In this document: positions 10,322-23,740 of the stretch, piece after piece
Position numbering within the stretch: the stretch's first letter is position 1
Layout: each line of letters opens with the position of its first letter
From: Myxococcota bacterium
GTDB taxonomy: Bacteria > Myxococcota_A > Polyangia > Polyangiales > Sandaracinaceae
Assembly (NCBI GenBank): GCA_036149055.1
Contig: JAYZQJ010000033.1
Span: 120,794-184,793 of the forward strand
Length of the DNA stretch: 64,000 nucleotides
Reading direction: 5' to 3'
Position numbers and translations under genes: made by a program
The notes under the pieces: generated by a model
The model's database searches: none
Told to the model about the DNA's origin: nothing
What the model saw: only the letters and a program-made list of their open reading frames with translations

Positions 10322-13300
10322 GTGGGGCCGGACGACCACACGCTCGCGCAGACGGTGACCCTCCTCGACTCGGAGACCTCGGTCGACCCGACGACGCCGT
10401 CCCGGCCCGAGCTGCCCGCCGGCGCCCTGGTGGGGGGACGCTACGCCGTGGAGGCGCTGCTCGGGCGCGGCGGCTACGGCGAGGTCTACCGGGTGCGCGA
10501 CGCGCGCGAGGGCGACCGCCCGGTCGCGCTGAAGCTGCACCGGCTGCGCGCGCTGAGCCGGCACGCGCTCGAGGCCCTCAAGGCCGAATTCGCCCTGCTC
10601 TCCTCGCTGTCGCACCCCAACCTCGCGACGGTGCACGACTTCGCCTACGTGGAGGGCGAGTACGCGTTCTTCACCCAGGCGCTCGTGAAGGGGGTGCCGC
10701 TGCACCACGCCGGCGTGGACCTGCTCGACGCGCGGGGCGTGTCCCTGATCGCGCAGCTCTGCCGCGCGCTCGACTACCTGCACGCGCGAGGCATCGTGCA
10801 CGGCGACGTCAAGCCGGGGAACATCCTCGTCGAGCGCGATCACCTGGTCCTGCTGGACTTCGGCGTCTCGCGCGCGCTCGGCGCCTCCACCGACGCGCGG
10901 GTGGTGGGCAGCCCGCCCTACATGTCGCCGGAGCTGATCACCGGCGGCGCGGCCGACGGGCGCAGCGACCTCTACGCGCTCGGCATGCCCCTCTACCAGC
11001 TGCTGACCGGCGCCCTGCCCTTCCGCGGGACCTCGACGCAGGTGCTGATGGCCCAGGTCGAGGCGGAGCCGCCGCCGCTCCCCGGCCACGTCCCGCTCCC
11101 GCTGCAGGCGCTGGTGGCGCGGCTGATCGCCAAGGCCCCGGACGACCGCCCCTCGAGCGCCGGCGACGTGATCGCGCACCTGAGCCGGGCGGCCCAGATC
11201 GACGCGCCGCTCGACACCAGCGAGACCCTCGCGAGCCACGTGCTCTCGGCCCGGCTCGTGGGGAGAGACGCCGAGCTCGAGGAGCTGGTGCGGCGGGCGG
11301 AGGCGGCGCGCGCGGGGCAGCGCCCCATCCTGCTCGAGGGCGAGTCCGGCACCGGCAAGTCGAGGCTCCTGCGCGAGGTGCGGCAGCGGGTGCAGCTGCG
11401 AGGCCAGCCGTGGATCCACGTGCAGACGCCCCGCTCCGAGGGCGGGCCGAACCTCCTGGCCCACCTGGCCCGCGCGGTCCTGGGCCCCGAGCAGCGCGCC
11501 GCGCTCGACGACGAGGCCCGGCTCGAGCTGGCGCGCGCGCTCCCCGAGCTGCGCCGCCCTCGCGAGCGCCTGGCCGTGCCCCTCGACCCCGAGCGCGCCC
11601 GAGCGCGTCGCCTCTCGATCCTCGGCGCGCAGATCGCCAACCGCTTCGCGTGGAAGCCGGGTGTGCTGGCGATCGAGGATCTGCACTGGGCGAGCCCGCG
11701 GCAGCAGTCGGAGCTGGCGAGCGTGCTCGGCGCGGCCCGCGCGAGCGGCGCGGCCTGCCTCTTCCTGCTCGCCACGCGCCCCGAGGGCCTGGACGCCGAG
11801 GCGATCGCCGACCTCGACGTGCACCGGGTGCCCTGCACCGAGCTGGCGCCGCCCGCGAGCCGCGCGCTGATCGAGAGCACCTTCGGCGACCCGACGTTGC
11901 TCGACGGCACGGACCTCGGCCGGCGCCTCGGCGCGGAGCCCATCGGCGCGCTGCTCCTGCAAGAGTCGCTGCGGCTCGCGCTCGAGCGAGGGCTCGTCGC
12001 CCGGGAGGCGGGGCGCTTCGTGCGGGTGGGCGAGGTGGTCGACGCGCCCCTGACGGAGGTGCTCGCGGCCCGCATCGAGGGGCTCTCCCGCGACGCGAAG
12101 AGCCTGGCGCTGGCGAGCGCGGTGCTCGCACGCGACGCGACCGCGGCGGAGCTGTCCCGGGTGGCCGGCCTGAAGGCCAAGCGCGCGTCGCCCGCGCTGT
12201 CCGAGCTGGTGCGCCGCGGCATCGTCGAGCGCCTGGCCCTCGCCCGCGGCCGGGTCGCGCACGCGATGCACGATCGCTACGCCGACGCGGTGCTCGCCGC
12301 GATGCTCGCGCGGCGCATCCGGGCGGCGCGACGGCGCGCGGGGGCGCTGCTGGCCCGGCAGAGCGCCCGGGATTTCCGCGGGCTGTCTCGCGCCGCGCTC
12401 GAGCTGGCCGAGGCCGGGGACACCGAGCGGGCGATCCGGACCCTCGCGAAGGCGCGCGATCTCGCGATCCGCGCCGGCCGCCCGGAGCAGGCCACGACGC
12501 TCCTGGAGCGGGAGCTGGCATTGCGCGGCGAGGACGAGGCCCGCGGCGAGCTGCTGCTCACGGCCTACGACCTGGCGGTCCGGTGCGGGCAGCACGAGCT
12601 CGCCGGGCAGGCGCTGATGGAGCTGGCCGACCGCGCCCACGAGCGCGACGACGAGGCGCTCCGGCTCGCCGTGTCCCTGCGCGGCGCGCGCCAGGCCCTC
12701 CGGGACGGCGCCGTCGCGGAGGCGCGCGAGCTCTGCGACGCCGCCCTCGAGCGCGCGAGCGCCCTCGGCGCCGACGCGCTCGCCTGTGAGCTGGCGGCGG
12801 CGGCCGGCGAGATCGAGCACGCGGCCGGCACCCTCGACCGAGCGCTCGATCGCTACCGCGAGGCGGCCCGGCTCGCCCGCGCGCTGCGGCGGCGCGACGT
12901 GGAGGCGGCGGCCGAGCTCGGCGCGGCCCTGGTGCACGTCCGGCTCAGTCACCTCGCCGACGCCACCGACGCCGCGGAGCGCGCGGTCGCCGCGGCGAAC
13001 GGCGCCCGCGACCCGGTGCTGCGCTCGGAGGCGCTGCGCGCCCTCGGGAACGCGCACTTCGTCGGCAGCCGACGTAAACGTGCCCTGCGAAGCTACAAGC
13101 GCGCGGTGCGGGTCGCGCGCGAGAGCGGCGGCACCGAGAGCGAGGCGAAGGCGCTCAACAACGTGGCGACCTGCGCGCACGCCCTCGGGCGCGTCGGCGA
13201 GGCGATCGCGGCGTGGGAGCGGGCCATCGAGCTGAAGGAGCGGGTCGGCGCGTCGGCGTCGGCGCTGCTGAGCCGGGCGAGCATGAGCGGCGTGCTGACC

Positions 13301-13960
13301 ATCGTGGGTCGCCGGGCCGAGGCGCGGGCCGAGCAGCAGCGGGTCCTCGACGCGCGGCGGGAGGGGGCGCGCACCGCGGTCATGCTCGCCTGGAGCAACC
13401 GCGGCGATCTCGAGATGCTCGAGGGCCGGCTCGACCGGGCGGTGGAGGCCTACGCGAGCGGCGACGCGGGCTACGCCGAGATGGGCCTGCACCAGCTCCG
13501 GAGCCACGCGCTCCAGGGGCTGGTGAGGGCGCGGCTCGTGCGCGGCGAGCCGGAGGCCGCGGCGGACGCGCTGAGGGAGCTCGAGCGGGTCGCGAGCGAG
13601 GCGGCCGCGCACGAGGAGCGGCGCCGCTTCCTGACCGCGCGCGCCATGTGGCGAGACGCGCAGGGAGATCCGAGGGGCGCGCTCGCCGACGCCCGGGCGG
13701 CCGCGCGGCTCTCCCGCTCCGACACGACCTACGAGGACGCCTTCGGCTCTCCGATCGAGGCGCGCTGGATCATCGCGCTGCTGCTCCGGCGCGCCGGCAA
13801 GGAGGCGGCGGCGGAGCGGGCGGCCGAGCGCACCCGGGAGCGGCTGAGGCGGCGCGCCGAGGCGCTCGAGCCCTGGCTGCGCGAGGGCTTCTGCGCGACG
13901 CCGCTGCACCGCGCGATCCTGGAGGGGCGCCTGGACGCTCCCCCCGGTCGGACCTGGTAG
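10322..13960 (+). CDS. Ser/Thr kinase - AAA/STAND-type ATPase - TPR protein
   Basis: GRGGYG, HGDVKPGN, DFG; LVGRDAEL, Walker A GESGTGKS, Walker B-like IEDLHWA; C-terminal helical TPR-like repeats (EAKALNNVA). Confidence 0.88.
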   Translation: MGPDDHTLAQTVTLLDSETSVDPTTPSRPELPAGALVGGRYAVEALLGRGGYGEVYRVRDAREGDRPVALKLHRLRALSRHALEALKAEFALLSSLSHPNLATVHDFAYVEGEYAFFTQALVKGVPLHHAGVDLLDARGVSLIAQLCRALDYLHARGIVHGDVKPGNILVERDHLVLLDFGVSRALGASTDARVVGSPPYMSPELITGGAADGRSDLYALGMPLYQLLTGALPFRGTSTQVLMAQVEAEPPPLPGHVPLPLQALVARLIAKAPDDRPSSAGDVIAHLSRAAQIDAPLDTSETLASHVLSARLVGRDAELEELVRRAEAARAGQRPILLEGESGTGKSRLLREVRQRVQLRGQPWIHVQTPRSEGGPNLLAHLARAVLGPEQRAALDDEARLELARALPELRRPRERLAVPLDPERARARRLSILGAQIANRFAWKPGVLAIEDLHWASPRQQSELASVLGAARASGAACLFLLATRPEGLDAEAIADLDVHRVPCTELAPPASRALIESTFGDPTLLDGTDLGRRLGAEPIGALLLQESLRLALERGLVAREAGRFVRVGEVVDAPLTEVLAARIEGLSRDAKSLALASAVLARDATAAELSRVAGLKAKRASPALSELVRRGIVERLALARGRVAHAMHDRYADAVLAAMLARRIRAARRRAGALLARQSARDFRGLSRAALELAEAGDTERAIRTLAKARDLAIRAGRPEQATTLLERELALRGEDEARGELLLTAYDLAVRCGQHELAGQALMELADRAHERDDEALRLAVSLRGARQALRDGAVAEARELCDAALERASALGADALACELAAAAGEIEHAAGTLDRALDRYREAARLARALRRRDVEAAAELGAALVHVRLSHLADATDAAERAVAAANGARDPVLRSEALRALGNAHFVGSRRKRALRSYKRAVRVARESGGTESEAKALNNVATCAHALGRVGEAIAAWERAIELKERVGASASALLSRASMSGVLTIVGRRAEARAEQQRVLDARREGARTAVMLAWSNRGDLEMLEGRLDRAVEAYASGDAGYAEMGLHQLRSHALQGLVRARLVRGEPEAAADALRELERVASEAAAHEERRRFLTARAMWRDAQGDPRGALADARAAARLSRSDTTYEDAFGSPIEARWIIALLLRRAGKEAAAERAAERTRERLRRRAEALEPWLREGFCATPLHRAILEGRLDAPPGRTW

Positions 13961-13963
13961 CCG

Positions 13964-14368
13964 TCAGTAGCCGGCCTGGAGGAGCTGACCGCGGTGGCGG
14001 CTGCCCCGGGTCTGCACCTGCGCCTGGCCGTGCGTGATCATGTCGCCCTGGATGTTGCACTCCACGAGCACCACCCGGGCCTGGTCCTGCACGACCACCG
14101 CGGGCTGACCGCGCACCACCGACTCGGAGATCTCCACCACGCACTGCCCGCTGGCGTGCACCGCGGGGCCGTCGCCGCCGTCGAGCACCTGATCGTCGAT
14201 GCGGAGCCGCTGCTGGCCCCCGCAGGCGAACGCCCCGTCCACGCGAACGGGGTCCGCGGCGACCGGCGCCGGCTGGACGCGACGGACGCGTGGCTCGGAG
14301 GGTCCGTACTCGATGCTGCCGCAGCCCGCGACGAAGACGAGGGCCAAGAGCGGGGCGATGCGGGTCAT
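13964..14368 (-). CDS. Small lipoprotein, short beta-helix-like repeat
   Basis: MTRIAPLLALVFVAGC lipobox; repeated V-x-A-x-G/C-x-V-x-I patterns. ATG 14368 preferred over TTG 14374. Confidence 0.7.
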   Translation of the reverse strand: MTRIAPLLALVFVAGCGSIEYGPSEPRVRRVQPAPVAADPVRVDGAFACGGQQRLRIDDQVLDGGDGPAVHASGQCVVEISESVVRGQPAVVVQDQARVVLVECNIQGDMITHGQAQVQTRGSRHRGQLLQAGY

Positions 14369-14380
14369 GGCCAAGCCGAC

Positions 14381-14396
14381 AGCAAGAGCTCTGCCA
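14381..14396 (-). promoter_or_regulatory. Putative sigma-54 (-24/-12) promoter
   Basis: Minus strand TGGCAGAGCTCTTGCT = GG-N10-GC with TGGCA and TTGCT consensus flanks, just upstream of ATG 14368. Confidence 0.6.
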
Positions 14397-14515
14397 CCCC
14401 GGCTTCACGCGCCATCGCCGGGTTCTCGGCCCGGGCCCGTGAACGCCGGTTGACGCGGCGCGTCCGCCTGACGCGACCCCGGGACGCGATGGTGGTAACT
14501 TTCCGGTCACCCGCC

Positions 14516-15286
14516 ATGAGTCACTGGGTGCTGCGCGCAGGTGAGGACGTCCACCCCTTGAGCGAGGGGCGCAACGTCGTCGGTCGCGAGGTCGGGTGTG
14601 ACGTGCGCGTCGCCGATCACCTGGTCTCGCGCCAGCACGCCGAGATCGAGGTCCGGGGCGACCGGGTGACGATCCGCGACCGACACAGCCGGAACGGCGT
14701 GATCGTGGGCGACGTGCGCCTCGCCGAGGGCGAGTCCCGGGATCTGTCCCAGGGCGCCGAGATCACCCTCGGCCGCACCCGGCTGCAGCTCCTCCGGGCC
14801 GAGCGGCGGCGCACCATGCGCACCCTCGAGGCCGAGCCGGCGCCGCGACGCGGGCTCGAGGGCTCCACCGGCATGGCGATGCCGCACGAGACCTTCCTGC
14901 GAGAGGCCGACGCCGCCTCCGCGGCCGGGGACCTCGCCAAGCTCGAGGTGACGGCGGAGCTCCTCTTCGACACCCTCTCCGGCGCGCTCCAGCAGGGCCT
15001 GAGCAAGGAGGACCCGGCGGTCCGCCGCGCCATCGACCACGGGATCGAGCTCGCGAAGCTCTCCGGACCGCGGTGGCTGGAGCGGGTGCTCGAGCTCCAC
15101 ACCACCGGCGGGCTCGTCATGGGCATCGACGTGCTGACCGAGGTGGAGCGCCTGGCGGGCCGCGGCGCGCTCCCGGATCGGGCTCCGGCGATCGCGTACG
15201 TCGAGGCGATCCGGGCTCGCCTGGAGGCGCAGGGGGCGCGTGGGCGGGCCCTCCTGCTCCAGCTCGAGCGGCTCGCGCGAGGCTAG
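14516..15286 (+). CDS. FHA-domain protein
   Basis: VGRE...VSRQHA...DRHSRNGV FHA motifs. Start trimmed to ATG 14516 because the track's longer ORF overlaps the opposite-strand lipoprotein. Confidence 0.85.
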   Translation: MSHWVLRAGEDVHPLSEGRNVVGREVGCDVRVADHLVSRQHAEIEVRGDRVTIRDRHSRNGVIVGDVRLAEGESRDLSQGAEITLGRTRLQLLRAERRRTMRTLEAEPAPRRGLEGSTGMAMPHETFLREADAASAAGDLAKLEVTAELLFDTLSGALQQGLSKEDPAVRRAIDHGIELAKLSGPRWLERVLELHTTGGLVMGIDVLTEVERLAGRGALPDRAPAIAYVEAIRARLEAQGARGRALLLQLERLARG

Positions 15287-15345
15287 GATCCCAAAACGCG
15301 GACCTGGCGCGGCCCGACCGGACGGCTAGTGTCGCTTTCGACACC

Positions 15346-19327
<3,982 letters not shown>

Positions 19328-19385
19328 CGCCGGTCGGAGTCACGAGCGAGGCGGCGGGCGCGAGGGCGACCCGCCGCTTCGCGTC

Positions 19386-19910
19386 TCAGCCCAGCGCCAT
19401 CTCGATCAGCGTCTCGAGGGTGCGCCAGTTGCGGGCGGTGCTCACGACCCCGAGCTGCCGGTCGAACCAGGCGTTGGTGAGCTTCGTTCGCCCGACGCCG
19501 TTCGGGCAGCAGAGGAAGATCTCGCGGCCGAGGACGGCGAAGCGGTCGCCGGGCGATCGGTCGGGGTCGAGCGCCTCCACCTTCGCGGCCGGCGGGCGGG
19601 CGGAGAGGAACATCACGTGGCGCGAGCGCGGCGCCTCGCTCCGGAACGGGCACGCGTCGCGGGCCTGCACCAGCGCGTCGGCGCTCCGCAGGATCACGGG
19701 CACCTCGAGGCCGTGCCGCTCGCGGAGGCGCGCCGTGACCGCGTCGGCAAGCCCCAGGGCCGAGGGCGCGCGGAACACCACGTTGCCGCTCTGGATGTAG
19801 GTGCGCACGTCCTCGCACCCGAGCGCCTCGAAGCACGCGCGCAGCGCGGCCATCGGCAGCTTGTTCTTGCCGCCGACGTTGATGCCTCGGAGGAGCGCGA
19901 CGTGGCTCAT
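19386..19910 (-). CDS. DUF1697 family protein
   Basis: VALLRGINVGG, TYIQSGNVVF and TARNWRT signature motifs. Confidence 0.88.
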   Translation of the reverse strand: MSHVALLRGINVGGKNKLPMAALRACFEALGCEDVRTYIQSGNVVFRAPSALGLADAVTARLRERHGLEVPVILRSADALVQARDACPFRSEAPRSRHVMFLSARPPAAKVEALDPDRSPGDRFAVLGREIFLCCPNGVGRTKLTNAWFDRQLGVVSTARNWRTLETLIEMALG

Positions 19911-19972
19911 GGGCGCCATCCTACACCTGCCGATCGCCGGGGAGCCCGCTAGCCGCTACAGTTCGGCGCGTC

Positions 19973-20941
19973 ATGGGTCGATGGCAGCGCGCGGGCATCC
20001 TGGCCCTCGTCATCGGGTGCGGGCCCGAGAGCGTGACGGAGGACCCGTCCGCGGCGGATCCCGTCGTGGCGGAGGCGCCGCTCGCGCTCGAGACGGAGGC
20101 GCGCGAGGAGCCCGACGTGCGATCCGCCGATCCCAGCCCGGAGGGCGAGGAGCGCGGCCGCCCCGAGCTCCGCGAGGGCCCCCTCGGCGAGCGCGTGCTG
20201 CTCGACGAGCGGAGCCGGAGCCGGGTCCGGAGCGCGATCCGGCGCCGCGTGGGCGCGCGGCCCAGCCTCGTCACGACGCTGCATCACCGCCACGAGGATC
20301 GGGCGACGACGACGATCGCGACCTTCACCGCGTCCTACGTCGAGCGCTGCGTCACCCGCGGCACGCCGCGGGAGGAGTGCACCCTGTCGGAGGGCGAGGG
20401 CTCGCTCGCGCGCGACCGGGGGCCCTGCGTGTTCGGCGGGATCGCCCGCGTCGACATCGGGCCACCCCGCCGAGACCGGAGCGGCGAGGAGCGGGAGGGC
20501 CCGGTCGACCTGGTCGGCCTGGATCTGCTCGGGGACGGAGAGGCCTGCGCGTTCGAGGTCGAGGGCCTGAGCACCGGCGACGAGGACGACGACGGCGCGC
20601 CGGAGATCGTCCTGAGCTACGCCTGGTCCGACCTCCGCTACGCGCCGAACGACCTGGTCCGCGAGCGAGAGGGCTCGCGGCGCGTCATCTACCGCGCCGA
20701 CCTCACGCCCCAGATCACGCTCGAGACCCGCGCGCACCAGCACCGCTTCGAGGACGAGCGGAACCTCGTCACCCAGCTCCGCCGGACCGAAGACCGAGGC
20801 CTCGCGCTCGACGAGATCGACTGGCTCGGCGCCTGCCCCGATCTCTCGCCCCCCTGGGGCCAGACCGACTGCGACGTGCAGCAGCGCACCGTCGAGCACG
20901 CCTACGACGCGGGCCGCGATCGCTGGCTCCCGGTCGAGTGA
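19973..20941 (+). CDS. Hypothetical Cys-containing lipoprotein
   Basis: LALVIGC lipobox; DEDDDGAPE Ca-binding-like motif; stop abuts the convergent gene. Confidence 0.65.
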   Translation: MGRWQRAGILALVIGCGPESVTEDPSAADPVVAEAPLALETEAREEPDVRSADPSPEGEERGRPELREGPLGERVLLDERSRSRVRSAIRRRVGARPSLVTTLHHRHEDRATTTIATFTASYVERCVTRGTPREECTLSEGEGSLARDRGPCVFGGIARVDIGPPRRDRSGEEREGPVDLVGLDLLGDGEACAFEVEGLSTGDEDDDGAPEIVLSYAWSDLRYAPNDLVREREGSRRVIYRADLTPQITLETRAHQHRFEDERNLVTQLRRTEDRGLALDEIDWLGACPDLSPPWGQTDCDVQQRTVEHAYDAGRDRWLPVE

Positions 20942-22279
20942 TCAGCCGCTCCACCCGCACGTGCGCTGCGCCGCCTCGAGCTGCGCCCGCATCGCCGCCC
21001 AGTCGTCGTGGATGCCCTGCGCGTCCGGCTCCTCCATCGCGAGCAGATCGCGCGCGTGGGTGCGCGGATCGCGAGAGAAGCTCCGCGCCCAGGAGGCCAT
21101 GTCCATCTCCAGCTCCGAGAGATCTGCGCCGAGGTCGCCGGCCTCCTCGTCGTAGAAGCCGTCCATGTCGTCGCGCTCTCGCTCCACCGCGACGAGCTTG
21201 GCCGCGCGGTTCAGCCGGATGCGAGCGTGCGCCTGCGCCCACCGACACCGCGCCTCGTCGTCGCCCTGGTGGGCCACCGCCGCCGTCATCGCGTCGTGCA
21301 GCAGCGCGAGGTCCTGCGCGTGGGCGGGCCAGACCGAGCCGTCCGGACGTGCGTCGGCCGAGGTCGCGATCGCGCGCCGCACCCGGTCGCCCATCGCGGC
21401 GTCCACGGGAGCGACGAGATCGCGCAGCTGCCCGAGGAGCTCGCGGCGCCGCAGGCGGAACTCCGAGACCTCGTCGGGCATCATGCCCGGATCGCCGAAG
21501 CTGTAGTGGGAGCTCATCTGGTCGCGCTCCCAGGCGATCCACGCGTCGGTGATCCGATGGGTGCGCACCCGGAGCTGGGCCGCGAAGTCATCGGGCGGCG
21601 CACCCTCCGCCGAGGGAGCCGGCAGGGCGCCGACCGCGTAGGCCGGGAAGCGCCCCTCGCCCGCGCCGGGAGCCCGCCCCATCACGCGCAGCTCGGAGAT
21701 GCAGACCTCCCGCCAGTCGTCTCGCTCGCCCGGCCGCGTCTCGAGCACCTCGACGCGCCATGCTCCGCCGCCCCCCTCCACCGGGATCGACTGCAGCGCG
21801 CGCGACTCGGTGTCGAGCGCGTGGGTCGTGAGCTCCTCGCCCTGCCTCGAGATCCGCACCCGCGCGACGCGGTGGTTGCCGGTGAACAGGTCGCGGTCCT
21901 CGGTCTGCTTCGTGAAGCCGGCGGTGAGCGCGATCGCGGTCACGGTCGCGTCGTCCGGCACGCGCACCTCGATCCACGCCCCGACCAGGTCGCCGCTCCG
22001 CGAGTTCCACGCGGTCTCGAGGTCGCCGTCGAAGAGGTGCGCGACCTGACTCTCCCGGTCCCGGTAGGCCGAGGACGTCGCCACCTGGGTGCCGACCGCC
22101 GAGAGGAGATCCACCGGCGCCGCGAGCGCCTCGGTCGCCTCGCTCGGCGCGGGCGACTCCACCGGCGCCGCGATCTCTTCGGCGGGCGGCGGGCGCTCGG
22201 GCGTGGCCGGAGGGGCGGGCTCCTCGGCGCTGCCGCATCCGGCCAGGCCGAGGATCAGGAGGAGGACGAGTCGGGTCAT
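20942..22279 (-). CDS. Lipoprotein with discoidin/NADase-type glycan-binding-like domain
   Basis: MTRLVLLLILGLAGC lipobox; HLFDGDLETAWNS...GAWIE...AGFTK...FTGNHRV...CISELRV resembles the F5/8-type galactose-binding fold; helical C-terminus. Confidence 0.7.
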   Translation of the reverse strand: MTRLVLLLILGLAGCGSAEEPAPPATPERPPPAEEIAAPVESPAPSEATEALAAPVDLLSAVGTQVATSSAYRDRESQVAHLFDGDLETAWNSRSGDLVGAWIEVRVPDDATVTAIALTAGFTKQTEDRDLFTGNHRVARVRISRQGEELTTHALDTESRALQSIPVEGGGGAWRVEVLETRPGERDDWREVCISELRVMGRAPGAGEGRFPAYAVGALPAPSAEGAPPDDFAAQLRVRTHRITDAWIAWERDQMSSHYSFGDPGMMPDEVSEFRLRRRELLGQLRDLVAPVDAAMGDRVRRAIATSADARPDGSVWPAHAQDLALLHDAMTAAVAHQGDDEARCRWAQAHARIRLNRAAKLVAVERERDDMDGFYDEEAGDLGADLSELEMDMASWARSFSRDPRTHARDLLAMEEPDAQGIHDDWAAMRAQLEAAQRTCGWSG

Positions 22280-22308
22280 GGAGACCCGAGAATACCCGGG
22301 TTCCCGCG

Positions 22309-22956
22309 TCAGCTCGCCCGCACCGCCCGGACGAGCGCGTCGAGCTTCACAGGGTCGAGGACGAAGTCGGTGCGCACGCCGGAGCAGACGTCCACTCCGA
22401 ACGGGCGGACGCGGGCGAGGGCCGCGGCGACGTTGTCCGGGCGCAGGCCGCCAGCGAGGAACACCGGGCGGGGAGACGCCGCCACGATGCGCGCGCTCAC
22501 CTCCCAGTCGTGCGCCCTCCCGGTGCCGCCGAGCACGTCGGCGTCGGGCGAGCCGCTGTCGAGCAGGAAGGCGTCGGCGTGCGGCGCGTAGCGCTCGACG
22601 AGCCCCTCGGAGGCGGGGCCCTCGACGTGGATCACCTGCACCCGCTTCACGTGGGGCGCGCGGCGCGCGAGGGCCTCGTGCACCGCGACGTCGACGTGCC
22701 GCACGAGCTGTACGGCGGTCGGCCCGACGTCGAGCACGTGCGCCACCACGTCGTCGGGCGCCTCGCGCGAGGTCAGCAAGAACGTGGCGACCGGAGGCGG
22801 CGTCGCCCGGGCGATCTCCGCCGCCGTCTTGTCGTCGATCACGCCCGGCCCGCTCGGCATCGCGCCGACGAGCCCGAGCGCGTCGACCCCCGCGGCCACC
22901 GCGAGACGCGCCTCCTCGACCGAAGCGATACAGCAGATCTTGATCCGCGCGCGCAT
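22309..22956 (-). CDS. trpF: Phosphoribosylanthranilate isomerase
   Basis: IKICCI, FLLDS, GGTGRAHDW, LAGGLRPDNV, GVDVCSGV. Confidence 0.9.
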   Translation of the reverse strand: MRARIKICCIASVEEARLAVAAGVDALGLVGAMPSGPGVIDDKTAAEIARATPPPVATFLLTSREAPDDVVAHVLDVGPTAVQLVRHVDVAVHEALARRAPHVKRVQVIHVEGPASEGLVERYAPHADAFLLDSGSPDADVLGGTGRAHDWEVSARIVAASPRPVFLAGGLRPDNVAAALARVRPFGVDVCSGVRTDFVLDPVKLDALVRAVRAS

Positions 22957-23004
22957 GCAGCCTTCGTTCGCGCCGAGCGTGACAGGCTCGAGCGCGCGAC
23001 GCCA

Positions 23005-23664
23005 TCAGTCGGGCCGCGCGGAGAGCCGCTCGCCCAGCGCCTGCGCCGCCGCGTGGGCGCGTGACACCGACCGCCGGTGCCGGTCGTCGTCGAACTCCTG
23101 ATACTCGATGCCGACGTGATGCACCGCGTCGGCCCCCAGATACCCCGACAGCGTCTCGAGGTGCGGCGTGAGGTGGTTCATCCCGGCCCGCACGCCGCCC
23201 GGCTCGAAGCCGAACTCGCCGGCCGCGGTGAAGATCGCGAGCGTCTTTCCTCCGAGCACCGGCCGCAGCGGAAAGTCGCCCCGGGCGCGATCGAAGGTGA
23301 AGGTCTCGCCGATGCGGACGATCTGGTCGACCCACGCCTTCAGCGCGGAGGGCATGCCGTAGTTGTACATGGGCGTGCAGAGGACGAGGAGATCGGCCTC
23401 CCGCAGCTCTTCGATCATGCGATCCGAAGGCTCCAGGAGGCGGCGCTGCCTCGGGGTGCGCTCGGAGACCGGGGTGAAGGCCGCCGTCACCCAGTCGCTC
23501 GAGATCGCGTCGGGCGGCTGCGCTCCCACGTCGCGCGCGGTGAGCACGTCGTGGGGTCGCGCCCTGCGCCAGGCCGACAGGAACCGATCACCCAGCCCTC
23601 TCGAGAGCGAGTGAGTGACGCGCGCGCTCGCGTCGACGCGTAGGATCTTCCGTGTTCTCTGCAT
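23005..23664 (-). CDS. azoR: FMN-dependent NADH-azoreductase (AzoR/AcpD family)
   Basis: ILRVDASAR, PMYNYGMPSALKAWVDQIVRIGETF; GGAGGAG RBS before ATG 23664. Confidence 0.88.
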   Translation of the reverse strand: MQRTRKILRVDASARVTHSLSRGLGDRFLSAWRRARPHDVLTARDVGAQPPDAISSDWVTAAFTPVSERTPRQRRLLEPSDRMIEELREADLLVLCTPMYNYGMPSALKAWVDQIVRIGETFTFDRARGDFPLRPVLGGKTLAIFTAAGEFGFEPGGVRAGMNHLTPHLETLSGYLGADAVHHVGIEYQEFDDDRHRRSVSRAHAAAQALGERLSARPD

Positions 23665-23740
23665 GACTCCTCCTCGGCGCGATCTCTGGAGCGCGCGCCG
23701 GAGGCGGCGACGGCACAAATCCTCATCCACGGGTTCCCTC

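Noticed and set aside
10123..13909. 888-aa (+) and 1223-aa (-) ORFs over the kinase-ATPase gene
   Set aside because: Arg/Ala/Pro-rich off-frame or antisense shadows with no motifs.
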